Shown: positions 50,450 to 62,029 of the stretch, one piece after another
Position numbering within the stretch: the first letter of the stretch is position 1
How the letters are laid out: the number at the start of each line of letters is the position of its first letter
Assembly (NCBI RefSeq): GCF_006345805.1
Contig: NC_043000.1
Span: forward strand, 70,680,001 to 70,744,000
Direction: 5' to 3'
DNA from: Octopus sinensis
Taxonomy: Eukaryota
DNA: 64,000 bases
Translations under genes and position numbers: made by a program
Notes under the pieces: model-generated
Seen by the model: the letters and a program-made list of their open reading frames with translations, nothing else
What the model was told of the DNA's origin: nothing
Database searches by the model: none

Positions 50450-52780
50450 GGATACCAAGAAAAAGAAGGATTTGGTAGCTAAAGAACCCTTCACATGGTC
50501 AGAGATTCAGGGACATCCTCATCAAGAAATTTGATGAGAGGGAGGAGGAGCTACAGACTTTGAACATAGAAGGTAGCTGGAAATTCCTATGAGACAGTTT
50601 ACTGAGTACCACAGAGTGCAGATGGTGCAAAGTCCCTTCTAGACCTAGAGTTACATGGTGGTAGAATAGTACGGTAGACAAAGCCATTAGAGAAAAGAAA
50701 CAGGCCTGGAAGGGTGGGGGTAGCAAGAAACTGTACTGGGTAGCCAAAAGGAAGGCTGGGCAGCAAGTATACATAGCCAAGGGTAAAGCGAAAAAGAAGT
50801 TTGCCAATGTCCAGTGACATGAGGACAAAAGAACTGAAGTATTTCGGATTGCAAGACAGTGTGTGAGAGAAAATTGTGATGTCACAGGAGAGAAATGTGT
50901 CTGCATGGATGATGGTGCACTTGCTTTTAATGATTCTGGAAAGAGGCTTGGAGAAGCCATTATGAAGGACTGCTGAATGTGGAGAATAAATGGGAGGAGG
51001 AGAGCCTGCCAAATGTTGACCCAGTAGAGGAACCAGCTATCCGAATAGACAGCTTCCTGGTAGATAAAGCAAGGGTATGAAGTCAGGAAAAGCTCCCGGC
51101 CCATCAGGAATCACTGCTGAGATGCTTAAAACATCTGGTGGTGTGGGCTATGGCCTAGTCACCCGCATTGTAAACCAGGTAGTTCATGATGGAGCCATGC
51201 CCAATGACTGGCATAGCAGCACCATAGTCAATTGCTACAAGGGTAAAGGTGATGCTCTTGATAGAAATAACTACAGGGGTATCAAACTGCTGGATCAGGT
51301 GATGAAGGTCACGGAGAGGGTCATAGCCCATCTCATTAGGGAGAGAGATGCAGTTTGGTTTTGTGCCGGGTAGAAGCACCACTGATGCCATATTCCTGGT
51401 TTGACAACTGCAGGAGAAATACCTAGCTAAAGATAAACCCTTATACTTAGCTTTTGTGAACTTGAAGAAAGCCTTCAACGGGGTCCCCTGATCCCTTATC
51501 TGGTGGGCAATGCAGAAACTGGAGATTGACGAATGGTTAATAAGGGCTGTACAGGCCCTATACAGAGAGGCCATTAGGTTAGGATTGGCAATGAGTATAG
51601 TGAAGAATTCCAAGTAGAAGTAAGGGTCCACCAAGGTTCAGCCCTCAGTCCCCTTTTATTCATCATAATCCTCCAGGCAATAACAGAGGAATTCAAGATG
51701 GATTGCCCCTGGGAGCTCCTCTATGCTGATGACCTGGCCCTCATAGCAGAATCACTACTGGAACTAGAAAAGAAATTTCGGGTGTGGAAGCAAGGTTTAG
51801 AATCAAAAGGCCTTAGAGTCAATGTAGCAAAGACCAAAGTTCTAGTAAGTAGGAAGGTGAACTCATCACACACTCCCTCAGGTAGGTGACCCTCCTCAAT
51901 CTGTAGAAAAGGTGTAGGTAGAAACTCCGTAAGATGTACCCAGTGTAAGCTATGGACACATAAGAGGTGCAGCAACATCAAAGGAAGATTAACCAAGGAG
52001 ATAACTTTCATGTGCAGCAAATGCACAGGGGCAATAGACACCACAGATACTCAGAAAACAGATTCCATCACACTTCAAGGGAAGAAACTAGAAGTAGTTG
52101 ATAGCTTCCGCTACCTAGGTGACCAAGTTAGTAGTTGGGGGTGGATGCTCAGAGAGTGTTACCACTAGAATAAGAATAGCCCGGGCAAAGTTTAGAAAGA
52201 TTTTACCCCTACTGGTGACAAAGGGTCTCTCACTCAGAGTGAAAGGTAGATTGTACAATGCATGTGTGTGAACTGCCATGCTTCACAGCATATCCTACAC
52301 CAGCTTCACATAACCAGCCCCAGCCCATTCAAAGTACCTTGGATCGTAGGACGACCTGCTGTGCTTACCTTGGATTGTAGGGCGACCTGCTGTGCTTGAG
52401 GAGACCTATTGAGTCAAGTACATCATCATCAACATTAAAATAAAAGTCAAATGGAAATTGTAGTTGTGATACCCGTGCTAGTGGCACGTAAAAAGCACCA
52501 TCCAAACGTGGCTGATGCCAGCACCACCTTGACTGGCTTCCATGCCGGTGGCATGTAAAATGTACCAACTGATCGTGGCAGTTGCCAGCCTCCTCTGGCC
52601 CCTGTGCCAGTGGCATGTAAAAAGCACCTGCTACACTCACAGAGTTGTTGGCTTCAAGAAGGGCAACACTGCCAGATCAGACTGGAGCCTGGTGCAGCCT
52701 CCTGGCTTCCCAGACCCCTGGTTGAACTGACCAACCCATGCTAGCATGGAAAACGGACGTTAAACGATGTTGATGGTGAT
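50450..52780 (+). mobile_element. RTE LINE, decayed, with an internal deletion between AMLHS and the 3' UTR
   Basis: MKSGKAPGPSGITAEMLK..., YADDL..., ...ACV*TAMLHS joined directly to cacataaccagccc. The UTR ends ggacgttaaacgatgttgatg. Confidence 0.88.
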
Positions 52781-52782
52781 GC

Positions 52783-53490
52783 ATGAGTTGGACGGTTCAA
52801 CTGGGGTCTGGGAAGCCAGGAGGCTGCACCAGGCCCCAATCTGAACTCGCAGTGTTTCTACAGCTGGATGCTCTTCCTAACACCAACCACGCTGAGAGTG
52901 TAGTGGGTGCTTTTTACATGCCACCGGCACAGAAGCTAATCAAGGTGACACTGGCATGGGACTCACAACTACAATTTTCATTTTATTTGATTTTGATATT
53001 GCTTTTGTTGATGTACTTGACTCAGCATCGCCCATGTTTGGATGGTGCTGTTTACGTGCTACAGGCACAGGGCTCACAACTACAATTTCCATTTGATTTG
53101 ATTTTAATATTGCTAATGTTGATGTCCTTGACTCAATAGGTCTCCTCAAGCACGTCATCTCGCCTTACAATCCAAAGTACTTTTTAGTGGACTGGTTATG
53201 GAACACTGGTGTAGTTTACAGCTGTGGACTCACTTTATTTGCCAGGTCTTCTCATTCACAGCATGCCTCCAGCGGTCTCGGTCTTTTGTCACTGCCTCTG
53301 TGAGGCCCAACGTTCGAAGGTCATGCTTCACCACCTCATCCCATGTCTTCCTGGGTCTCCCTCTACCCTGGATTCCTTCCACTGTTTGGGAGTGGCACTT
53401 CTTCACACAGCTCTCCTCATTCATCCACAGTACATGACCACCCCTACGCAAACGTCTCTCTTGCATGCCACATTTGATGCTTCTTATGTC
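52783..53490 (-). mobile_element. RTE 3' portion, inverted against the preceding copy
   Basis: ORF 53230-53499 ...GRGRPRKTWDEVVKHDLRTLG...KTWQIK*. The UTR lacks its terminal ~25 nt. Confidence 0.85.
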
Positions 53491-53518
53491 TATATACACA
53501 CATATATATATATGTATA

Positions 53519-53913
53519 CTAGCAGTATCGCCTGGCGTTGCTCGGGTTTGTAAGGGAAATAATTATATAAGCATTTTTAGAGATGTAAAGTATAATAGCC
53601 ATCTCAATATGGCTAACCAGAAAGGGGGAGGGGTGTTACTGTATCTTTTTACGTTCTGAGATTTAATAATAAATTTTAGAGAGTTACTTCCCTTATATAT
53701 GTCAAAAATGGATTAAAAATGGGAAAAATTGATGGTAAATTTTTTTTTAAATCGTAGACTCATCGTAGACGCCCGCTAATACCCAGAAGGGCTCGATATG
53801 AATCACGACTATAAGATACCCGGTTTTGGTTAAACTGCACCGCAAAATGTGGGAGTAGTTAGGAATCTAAATCGTAGGAGACAGACACACAACCTCACTT
53901 TTATATATAAAGA
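53519..53913 (-). mobile_element. Non-autonomous Helitron (395 bp)
   Basis: On the minus strand: host A | TC (53913) ... subterminal hairpin cccgagcaacgccagg ... CTAG (53522-53519) | host T. No TSD. Confidence 0.75.
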
Positions 53914-53976
53914 TTTCCTCTATTTACATAATATTGAGGTCTCTTTCTTTCTTTTGTTATCTTACTGTTTTTACCA

Positions 53977-54015
<39 letters not shown>

Positions 54016-54087
54016 TATATATAGTTACAGAGATGTACTTGCATAGCAAGTGACTTGATCTGAGATCGTGTGCTGGAACGAAAACAG

Positions 54088-54346
54088 TTGCAGCGTTGAA
54101 GGTGTTTATAAGCCATTTAAGAAACACACAAAAACCGTTAGATTCACTTCAACATTTAAATTTAATTTGTCAAAATATTTTCCTCGCTTTGAGACCGCGA
54201 CCTGTTAGCACGATATTTTTGTCAGTGAACAGGTCGCGGTCTCAAAGCGAGGAAAATATTTTGGCAAATTAAATTTAAATGTTGAAGTGAATCTAACGGT
54301 TTTTGTGTGTTTCTTAAATGGCTTACAAACACCTTCCACGCTGCAA
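54088..54346. repeat. Near-perfect long palindrome (119-bp arms, 21-nt loop)
   Basis: 54088-54206 is the reverse complement of 54228-54346 with 3 mismatches counted by eye. Confidence 0.95.
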
Positions 54347-54699
54347 TATATATATACACATATATATATATATGTATGTATGTGTGTATATGTGTATGCA
54401 TGTATGTGTGTGTGTGTGCGTGTCTGTGCTTGTGATTGTCCTCCACCACTGCTTGACAACGAATGTTGGTTTGTTTACATCCCTGTCACCTAGTGGTTTG
54501 ACAAAGGAAAATGATAGAATAAGTACAATGCTTACAAAAATAAAACTGGAGTTGATTCATTAAACTACAATTCTTCAAGGCATTGCCCCAGCATGGCCAC
54601 AGACCAATGGCTGGAAAAAGCAGAAGAATAAAAGAATACATTCTCTGCTTTGGTCTTATGTTCAAGGCATGAGAAAGCTTGAGTTTACATGAGAAGGCC

Positions 54700-55025
54700 T
54701 AACAGACCTGGTAGAAACAGCAGCCAAATCTCCCTCAAATCACACCTTACTGTCTTATGTATGTATATATATATGAGCCAATGAGGGGGACCTCTACATG
54801 GTAGCTAGACCTGGTAGAAATAGCAGCCAAATTTCCCCCAAATCACACCTTACTGTCTTATCTATGTATATATGTATGTATGAGCCTATGAGGGAGACCC
54901 CTACATGGCAGAAATAGCAGCCAAATCTCCCTCAAATCACACCTTACTGTCTTATGTATGTATATATATATATATATATACAAGCCACTACGGTTATTTA
55001 ATGTAAAGTCTTCCTCAAATCACTC
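54700..55025 (+). repeat. ~94-103-bp tandem repeat (3 copies + partial) containing (TA)n
   Basis: cagccaaat(c/t)tccc(t/c)caaatcacaccttactgtctta at 54721, 54824 and 54918. The same motif appears dispersed at ~48440, ~63737 and (minus) ~43215. Confidence 0.85.
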
Positions 55026-55644
55026 TCTTGCTATTTACTCTCTTCCAAGAACATTTTCACTCACTCTTATCTCTTAGCTTCCCATACATTTTACTCATGT
55101 ATCTATCAGCATCATAGACAGAAACAAATATTACATCGCCATCGCCATCGCATTCTATTGTCTACCTGTCAACACACACACAGTGAATTAGTTTCAGTTT
55201 ATTCGTTGCACACTGTGTGTGTGCGTGTGCGTGTGGTGTAAACCACATTAAGAAAAGCATTTGACATACACACCAGAATGTGAGTTTTCTGTAAATTTTG
55301 CTTAATTGGAGTTTAAATTTTAAAAACTGGACCTGGCATGACCCGATGCATTCTACTCTTAAAAATGCTAGGTAAATTGTAATTGAAGAAATCCTATATT
55401 GTAGATTTCTATAAGTGACAAAGGGAGGCAGATAAAATCTGCCTTTTATAATAAGAGATATACATATATATGTGTGTATAAACATATACATATATATATG
55501 TATTTATATACATATATATATGTATATATACATATATATATATATAATATATGTATATATACATATATATTTGTATGTATACATACATACATATATATAT
55601 ATACATATATATATATATACACATATATATATATACACACACAT

Positions 55645-55940
55645 AAATATGGGCTTCACAGAGGCAATGACAAGTGACCGAGACCTTTGGAGATATGTTG
55701 TGCTTGAGAAGGCCCAGCAAGCCAAGTGAGAACGTAACTGTGGCCTATGCCACTGCAGCATAACCAGCCCTTTTAAGAGTACCCTTGTATGACTGGGCAA
55801 TAAACTTCACTTACGAAGACCTGTTGAGTCAAGCGAGCTCATTGTTGTGGCTGATGACAGTACCGCCTGATTGGTACCCATGCTGGTTGCACATAAAAAG
55901 CACCATTCAAGTGTGGTTGATGCCAGTGCCACCAGACTGG
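55645..55940 (+). mobile_element. RTE ORF end + partial 3' UTR
   Basis: [25 protein letters not shown], starting directly after (TA)n. Confidence 0.75.
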
Positions 55941-57229
55941 TCCCATATGTATGTATATGTGTGTGTGTGTCTGTGTTTGTGCCCCCGCCATCGCTTGACA
56001 ACTGATGTTGCTGTGTTTACATCCCCATAACTTAGCCATTTGGCAAAACACTCCAATAGAATAAGTACTAGGCTTACAAAGAATAAATCCTGGGGTCGAT
56101 TTCTTCAACTAAAGGTGGTGCTCCAACATGTCTACAGTTACATGATTGAAACAAGTAAAACAATAAAAAAACTATGCCATTTAGTCTTGAGCAATACTGG
56201 GTATCTCTGCTAGTAAATTTTAAATATAAAGTGCCTTACATAATCATTGCATACCAATTTTGTTCACTTTTCAATGAATAGCAAATGAGTGACTATCTTT
56301 TGATACAGACACAACACAGGTTATGCTTTCAGGCTTTTTAAATAAAGTTTTCAGGAATACCCCAATAGGTTTATTCTAATTTCATGAAATATTCATAGGT
56401 CTCTCTAGTAAATTTATTAATATCCTTAGCCTCCTCCCCTCCTCCTCCTTCTTTTTCTTCTTCTTCTTCATCCTTCCCATTGGATCTCTATACTAATTAT
56501 TCATCCCTTAGCCATACTTTCATTTACTTTTTGTTTCCTCCTGATATAAGCAAAAAAAAGACAATATCTAGAAGATACACATTTGTAAGAGCACTCCTTT
56601 GATGCATGTCTGATGAAGTTCTACTCTAATGTCTAAAACTGCAAACATTACATAAATTTTCACTTTGAATATTGTGCATTGCAAGTAGAGTTGTTACAGA
56701 AATAGTTGTAATGAATCATTAAAAATATGTCAAAGCTTTTCTTTGTCATTTTTTTGACTATGTATATATATAAAGGAATATAAAAAATGGGACAAGAACA
56801 CAAAACATCCTGACAGCTAGATGATACAAAAAAGGGACAACAAAACATCCAGACAGATGATACAAAAGTCGGACAAGAAAAAACATGGACGGGTCATTCA
56901 AAGTTTTCTTTCCTCAGTCGAGTTCCAGATTATCTTTGCAATTTTGGCTGGTTATACTTGAGATTGCTCTAATCTGGCCAGCCCCAAAGAAAAACTAAGC
57001 TAAGAGCATTAGATTCCTTGGAAGAAAGCAGCGAATGTATATGAAAACAAGGATGGGGGGGAAAATGGAGAAATGGTACACAAATATATATATATATCAT
57101 TTGATACTACCTCAGCTGCATATGCCAGACTTTTATTCAGCTGAGCTGCTACTTGCTACACCAGGTTAAGTGAAATGTCTCATCAGTATTAATAAATTGA
57201 TTGGACATTGAGTGATAATATGACTGTGT

Positions 57230-58570
57230 GTATTTTCCTCTAAGGCATTTTCTTTATCCTTGTAACAGTTGATGGTAACACTGCTATGTGTAACTCTCTC
57301 CTGTACCACCTGATTAACTATACAGGTGACTAAGCCATATTCCACACCACCAGATACTGTAAGCATCACGGGCATGATTCCTGATGGGCTAGGGGCTTAC
57401 CCTATCTTCAAATCCTTAATTGCTTTATCTATCATACTACTGTCAATGAAAATGATAGGTCCCTTTTTGGGGGTTCACAGGTAGAAGGCTCTCATTCTCT
57501 CATGCATTCTCCACATTTAATAGTCTTTCATAGTAGTATTTCATGTCTCTTTCTTTTCAGAATCACTAAATGCAAGTGCCCCATTATTATCCATCTGAAG
57601 ACACTTCTTTCTGGCAATGTCTTTATTCTCTCTGATATACTGTCTTGCAAATAGGAACACCTCATGCATCTAGCCTTCATGAGGGACCTTGGCAAATCTC
57701 TTCCTTTCTGCTTTTCCCTTTGCTAAATATACCTGTTACCTAGTATCTCTTCAAGTTACCTGGTATAATTGTCTGCTGCCACTATTCTTCCAATCTATCC
57801 AAACCTGTCTTGCTTTTGTCTGTCTAATTCACTGTTCCACCATCACTCCCACGTCAGTCTTGCTCTGGCTGGAACTTTGCACCAGTCACAGATTTGGTCT
57901 GTAGCCTTCAGTAGGTTGTCTTATAAGAACTTCCAGTTGTCCTCAATCTTATATGTCTCTGTCTCCACCTCTTTGTCAAATTCTTCAATTAGGAATTCCT
58001 TAAATCTCTGTTTGATGAATCTTTAAGGTTCCACAACTTCCTTTTCCTGACAAACTTGTGTCCCTGAGTCCTTCTAGTTCTGAGATCAATTACATATGAT
58101 GTGTAGTACATTCTTTGTCAGGGAAGAACTTTGCCTTTACAAGTATCTGTCTTTCTCATTTTCTGGTGAGAATGTGGTCAATCTGGTTTGTGTACCCACC
58201 AAATTGATAGATAATTAGGTGGCTGGCAGCTTTCTTGATGTTTGTATAGTAGACCAACAGGTTATTTTCATCAGAAAACCCCAAGAGCCTTTTTTCTTCA
58301 TTTCTAGGACTAAAGACATAGTCTCCATGAAATCCACCAGGATACTGCCCATCATGACTGTTGAAGTCACCAGCCATGAAAATGAGGTCACTGTCATTTA
58401 TCAAGGTAATCTGTAAAAGGGTATGATAAAAATGGTCTTTTTGTTTGTCTTGGCAGTCCCAATTAAGGAGCATAAGCAGAGATTAAAGTTGCTGTCATAT
58501 TTTCCAAGACTAGTCTAAGCTTAAATACCCTATTGCACACTCAATATCAATCCTTTTATCTATCTTAGTA
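57230..58570 (-). mobile_element. RTE LINE APE/linker fragment, decayed
   Basis: LISAYAP...KDHFYHTLLQ...FMAGDFNSHDG...NQIDHIL...PSGIMPVMLTVSGGVEYGLVTCIVNQVV. Confidence 0.8.
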
Positions 58571-58779
58571 CTTCAAAATGTCTTGAATGTATAGGTGTAA
58601 CCAACAATTTGTTAAAAAAGTAGAAATCCTTATACAATAAATCCACTACTCTATAATTAGGTATCCACGATCCAATTAATATTTAAGCTTCAACTCAATA
58701 ATTAAGCCCTTTCAGAATATAACTTTCCCATCAAAATCACATTTTTTTTGTTTAGTCATAGAAAAATCATGATAATTGT

Positions 58780-58919
58780 ATGTAAGCATACCAACCACAT
58801 GGTTCCGGGTTCAGTCCCACTGCATGGCACCTTGGGCAAGTATCTTCTACTATAGCCTCAGGCTGACCAAAGCTTTGTGAGTGGATTTGGCAGACGTAAA
58901 TGGAAAGAAGCCCATCGTA

Positions 58920-58959
<40 letters not shown>

Positions 58960-59165
58960 CATGTGTGCATATGTCTGTGTTTGTCCCCCCAACATTGCTT
59001 GACAACCAATGCTGGTGTATTTATGTCCCTGTAACTTAGCGGTTTGGCAAAAGAGACTGATAGGATAAATACTAGGCTTACAAAGAATAAGATTTGCTTG
59101 ACTAAAGGTGGTGCTCCAGCATGGCCACAGTCAAATGACTGAAACAAGTAAAAGAGTAAAAGAAT
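58780..59165 (+). mobile_element. tRNA-derived SINE with internal (TA)n
   Basis: ggttccgggttcagtccc...caccttgggcaagtatcttctactatagcc...gaaacaagtaaaagagtaaaaga. Same family as 4262-4585. Confidence 0.75.
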
Positions 59166-59248
59166 AATAAACTTCCAAAGCTGATCTTGTTTATCACTGA
59201 ATTTATATTATATCCCTTTGTTTAAAATAATGACTGAAACTTATTTTA

Positions 59249-61072
59249 TCAGGTCATCCCATAAGTTCTGTCTGATTTTACTTTTTTTTTAAATTGAATG
59301 AAATTCAATAGTATTTTAGAATGTCTAATGGAATTAAAAATTATTTTTATGCATTTGTGTACATTTAAACTATTTAAATATTATTTTACAGAATAATAGA
59401 ATTAAAATTTCTTTGATTAAAACCCTTTCTAACATGGAGCATTTGAGGCACATAATGCTTTATGATTATAAAACAGGAAACTCTGCAGCTGAAGCAACTC
59501 GGAACATACACTCAGTTTATGGGAAAGAAAGCTTGACTGAAAGAACTTGCAGATGGTTTGCAAAATTCAGAAGTGGAGATTTCAGCCTTGAAGATGAAGA
59601 TCAAACAGGACATCCAGTTGAGTTTGATGATAAGCCCCTTGAGGCATTACTTGAAGAAAATCCTGTATTATCAGTCGAAGAATTGGCAATAAAGCTTAGT
59701 TCAAACCATACAACTGTTCATTGTCATCTTCAACAACTTGGAAAGGTTCCTAAACTTGGAAAATGGGTGCCTCATGAATTGTTCGAAAGCAACCACAAAT
59801 CCCAAGTTGACATCTGCTCTTTTCTCCCCTTTCACAAACTCATTTCACCCTTTTTGAATAGACCTGTGACTTGTGACAAAAAATGGACCTTCTATCAAAA
59901 TGTTAAACATCGTAAACAGTGGCTTGGTAAAAGGCAAAAAGCACAACCGAGAAGGGAACTTCATAGAAAAAGGTTCTTCTCTCTATCTGGTGGGATTGCA
60001 AAGGAGTAATTCACTTAGAATTGTTACCACCTAATGCAACAATCAATGCTCAAGTCTATGGTCAGCAATTAGAGCGTTTGAAGCAAGCTTTGAAGAAAAA
60101 AAAGACCCACTATAGTGAATGAAAAAGGAGTGATGTTTCATCAGGACAATGTGCAACCCAACACTGCAAAGATCACATTACAGAAGATCGAAGAGCTTGG
60201 TTGGGAAAAAATTCCTCATTCACCTTATTTTCCTGACCTTGCTCCTTCAAACTACCATTTGTTTCATAGTTTACAGAATCATTTGGGGGACATAACTTTT
60301 GCAAGCCAGGTGGAGGTCAAAACTGACATTTCAGAGTTCTTCGCATGAAACCAAAAGAGTTTTATTGGGTTGCCCGGAAAGTTCATACCAATTTTTAAAG
60401 GAAAGGAAAAGGTCAATAAATATTTGCTATTACATTTTTAATCAACCAAATATGAACCATTTTGTTGCATAATGCGTCTCCATCTTTCCTTTAACTTGAA
60501 AATACTCTCTTCCCAGAATTGAGATGGTTTCATGGCAAAGAATTCATCAAGGTATCTTTTTACGTCATCCAAGGAATTGAAATTTTTACCATTAAGACTA
60601 TTCTGCAGAGACCTGAATAAGTGGAAATCCGAAGGAGCAATATCTGGTGAATATAGAGGGTGGGGTATCCCAGCCGAGCAATTTTTGTCTGGTTCTCAAA
60701 GCATCAAGTGCCGAAAATGAACTTTCTTATCTTCCATTTTAAAGGGTTACAAAATTAACACAGGTTATAGCAACATAAACCTTCTACCACAAAAAGATAG
60801 CTTAAACTGTGCTCTAAATGGAAGTATAGTCAAATCCTATGTTATGGACTCAACCATGTTCTAAAGTAAGTCGAAAGGTAAGCTACTATAAATCAGTACA
60901 AACTTTCTGGACAACCCAATACATTGATGGGATTAAAAAGCTTGTAAATAGATGGAAGGAAGTCATAGATAATCAGGGAAAGTACATTGATGATTAAATT
61001 TCAATTAAATATAACATTTGATCACTTGTTTTCTTTATTCAAAATTCAGACAAAACTTATGGGATGACCTGA
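59249..61072 (+). mobile_element. Mariner (DD34D) element with a nested insertion
   Basis: TIRs tcaggtcatcccataagtt / aacttatgggatgacctga, TA on both sides. ORFs 59413-60009 (VTCDKKW) and 60115-60348 (FHQDNVQPN...YFPDLAPSNYHLF). The C-terminus IDGIKKLVNRWKEVIDNQGKYIDD* resumes at 60920. Confidence 0.93.
60365..60919 (-). mobile_element. Internally deleted mariner (555 bp) nested in the previous element
   Basis: TIRs ttgggttgcccggaaag / ctttctggacaacccaa with TA TSD. Minus strand: MEDKKVHFRHLML fused to WDTPPLYSPDIAPSDFHLFRSLQN...WRRIMQQNGSYLVD*. Confidence 0.9.
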
Positions 61073-62029
61073 TATAATTGGGCCATTTTATCTTCTACTT
61101 GTTTCAGTCATGAGACTGTGGTCATGCTGGGGTATGCCTTGAAGAATTTTTAGTCAGATGTATTGAACCCAGTACTTATATTTTTAAAGTGTGGTACTTA
61201 TTTTATCAGTCTCATTTGTCAAAATGCTAAGTTACAGGGATGGTTGTCAAGCAGTGGTAGTGAACAAACACACATACAATGGTCTTCTTTTAGTTTCCAT
61301 TTACCAATTACACTCACAAGGCTTTGTTTAACCCAAGGCTACAGTAGACAACACTTACCCAAGGTGTCACACAGTGGGACTGAACACTGAACCATGTGGT
61401 TGGTAAGCAAGTTTCTTACCATACAGCCACACCTATTTAACACCATTCTATTTCATAACACAAAGCAAAAAATATTTTGCAGCAAGGATAAACTTAATAC
61501 CTATAGCAGAAAAATTGAACTTGGTACAGTAAGTCAATGAATTCATTCTCAATGTAACTGTATTGCCACTGTTGACAGCAGCGAGTCATATCAACATGTG
61601 GTACCTACATTGTAGCTTGTTGGAGAAAAGATATCACCAACAGAGTAGTTCCACTGGGAGTATTTCATTGAAGTTGTATCATCTTTCATCATGTTTTTAC
61701 CCCATTAGTATTAGTGCAGTGGTTCCAAACATGGAGAATACACCTTATTGGTGAGGCCAGGGAAAATTATGATGGGGTATGGGATCCAAAATTTTGTTCT
61801 TTTTCTTTTAGTGAGACATGAAAAAGGGAAAAATCTATTTTTCACAGCAAACATACAACACATACTTTTTCTGGAAAGTTATGGTGGAGCCTGGGGGAAA
61901 ATAGGTTGGAAAACGCTATGTTTGTATCTTTTCTCTTTCAATTGTTTCTTGATTTTTTCTTTTTATCTCCAAATCTCTCGTTCAACTTTTTATCATTCCT
62001 TCTCTTGATACCCTACCCCTATTGCAATT

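Noticed and set aside
54207-54260. Hammerhead in the loop of the 119-bp palindrome (minus strand CUGACAA)
   Set aside because: No compatible stem II and GAAA could be placed.
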